64,000 nucleotides of DNA. Origin: Phoronis australis. Taxonomy: Eukaryota; Animalia; Phoronida. Position numbers and translations under genes: made by a program. The stretch spans positions 727,894 through 791,893 of the forward strand of contig NMRA01000117.1 in assembly GCA_002633005.1 (NCBI GenBank). The letters are read 5' to 3'. This document shows positions 63,401 to 64,000 of this stretch, in pieces (within the stretch, counting starts at the first letter, position 1; every line of letters starts with the position of its first letter). The notes under the pieces are model-generated. The model was not told the origin of the DNA. It saw nothing but the letters and a program-made list of their open reading frames with translations, and made no database searches.

Positions 63401-63719
63401 CACACAATTGTGTGCAGGCATTGATGGCTAGGAGTGTTAGTCATGTTGTATTATCTCACAATCACACAATTGTGTGCAGGCATCGATGGCTAGGAGTGTT
63501 AGTCATATTGTATTATCTCACAATCACACAATTGTGTGCAGGCTTCGATGGCTAGGAGTGTTAGTCATATTGTATTATTTCACAATCACACAATTGTGTG
63601 CAGGCATCGATGGCTAGGAGTGTTAGTCATGTTGTATTATCTCACAATCACACAATTGTGTGCAGGAATCGATGGCTAGGAGTGTTAGTCATGTTGTATT
63701 ATCTCACAATCACACAATT
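60491..63719. repeat. 62-bp satellite array (60491-61146 and 63374-63719) split by a transposon
   Basis: Unit caattgtgtgcaggcatcgatggctaggagtgttagtcatattgtattatctcacaatcaca; ~10.5 units left, ~5.5 right, register preserved across the insertion. Confidence 0.97.
61147..63373. mobile_element. Non-autonomous DNA transposon with 13-bp TIRs and 5-bp TSD (hAT5-like)
   Basis: CAGTGTTCTCCAC ... GTGGAGAACACTG; GTTAG duplicated (61142-61146, 63374-63378), confirmed by uninterrupted satellite units; subterminal repeats gcgtcctgttt x5; no intact transposase ORF. Confidence 0.85.
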
Positions 63720-64000
63720 CTGGCTCCATGCCTGCTATGAATCAACTTGTTCCCAGTTGGGTCTCCCCCCTTATGTTTGACGAATGCTGCCAAGGTTTGA
63801 ACTCTTGAACACGAACAAAACAATGTCTATCAACATTATGTTTTAATAATTAATTAATCTATTTTTCTCCAGATTTGTTTTCAAGATGTATTGTAATTCT
63901 AGCTATGCAAAATAACAAATCAAATATAGTGCAGTAATATATAACTTCAACATTATTGGTAGACAGAAGTCTGTAACCACCGTTTGTACACATTATTGAA

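Overview
Intron-rich, AT-rich invertebrate-type (animal) genomic window with single-N scaffold joins at 3218-3219, 21052, 22225, 25479, 41222 and 54951. Genes: first coding exon of an MPRIP/outspread-family gene (minus, 376-489); an unnamed small plus-strand gene (4390-12407) whose second exon appears able to splice to an array of homologous phase-2 terminal exons; a complete 12-exon SF1/BBP gene (minus, 25048-38001) head-to-head (355 bp between ATGs) with the first 18 coding exons of POLR3A/RPC1 (plus, 38357-59424, continuing beyond the window). The 3' part of SF1 is present twice (13469-21051 and 22226-28027), most likely as two assembled haplotypes; only one carries a Kolobok-type transposon (TTAA TSD, ~160-bp TIRs, THAP ORF plus convergent KolX/P2X7-ballast-like ORF, internally deleted). 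Other repeats: L2/CR1-group and Tx1/L1-like LINE fragments, a Helentron-type HINE, a 5-bp-TSD (hAT5-like) element inside a 62-bp satellite, foldback elements and several minisatellites. Most interesting: (1) a 15+8 bp long-range RNA pairing in SF1 intron 3 that covers the acceptor of a predicted in-frame 21-nt microexon next to the SPSP phospho-motif, plus a candidate poison exon; (2) the alternative-last-exon array sharing a D-x-x-[YW]-x-x-[ML] motif; (3) a fourfold tandem duplication of a POLR3A splice acceptor; (4) related foldbacks bracketing the SF1/POLR3A bidirectional promoter. All calls are from manual reading; no searches were run.
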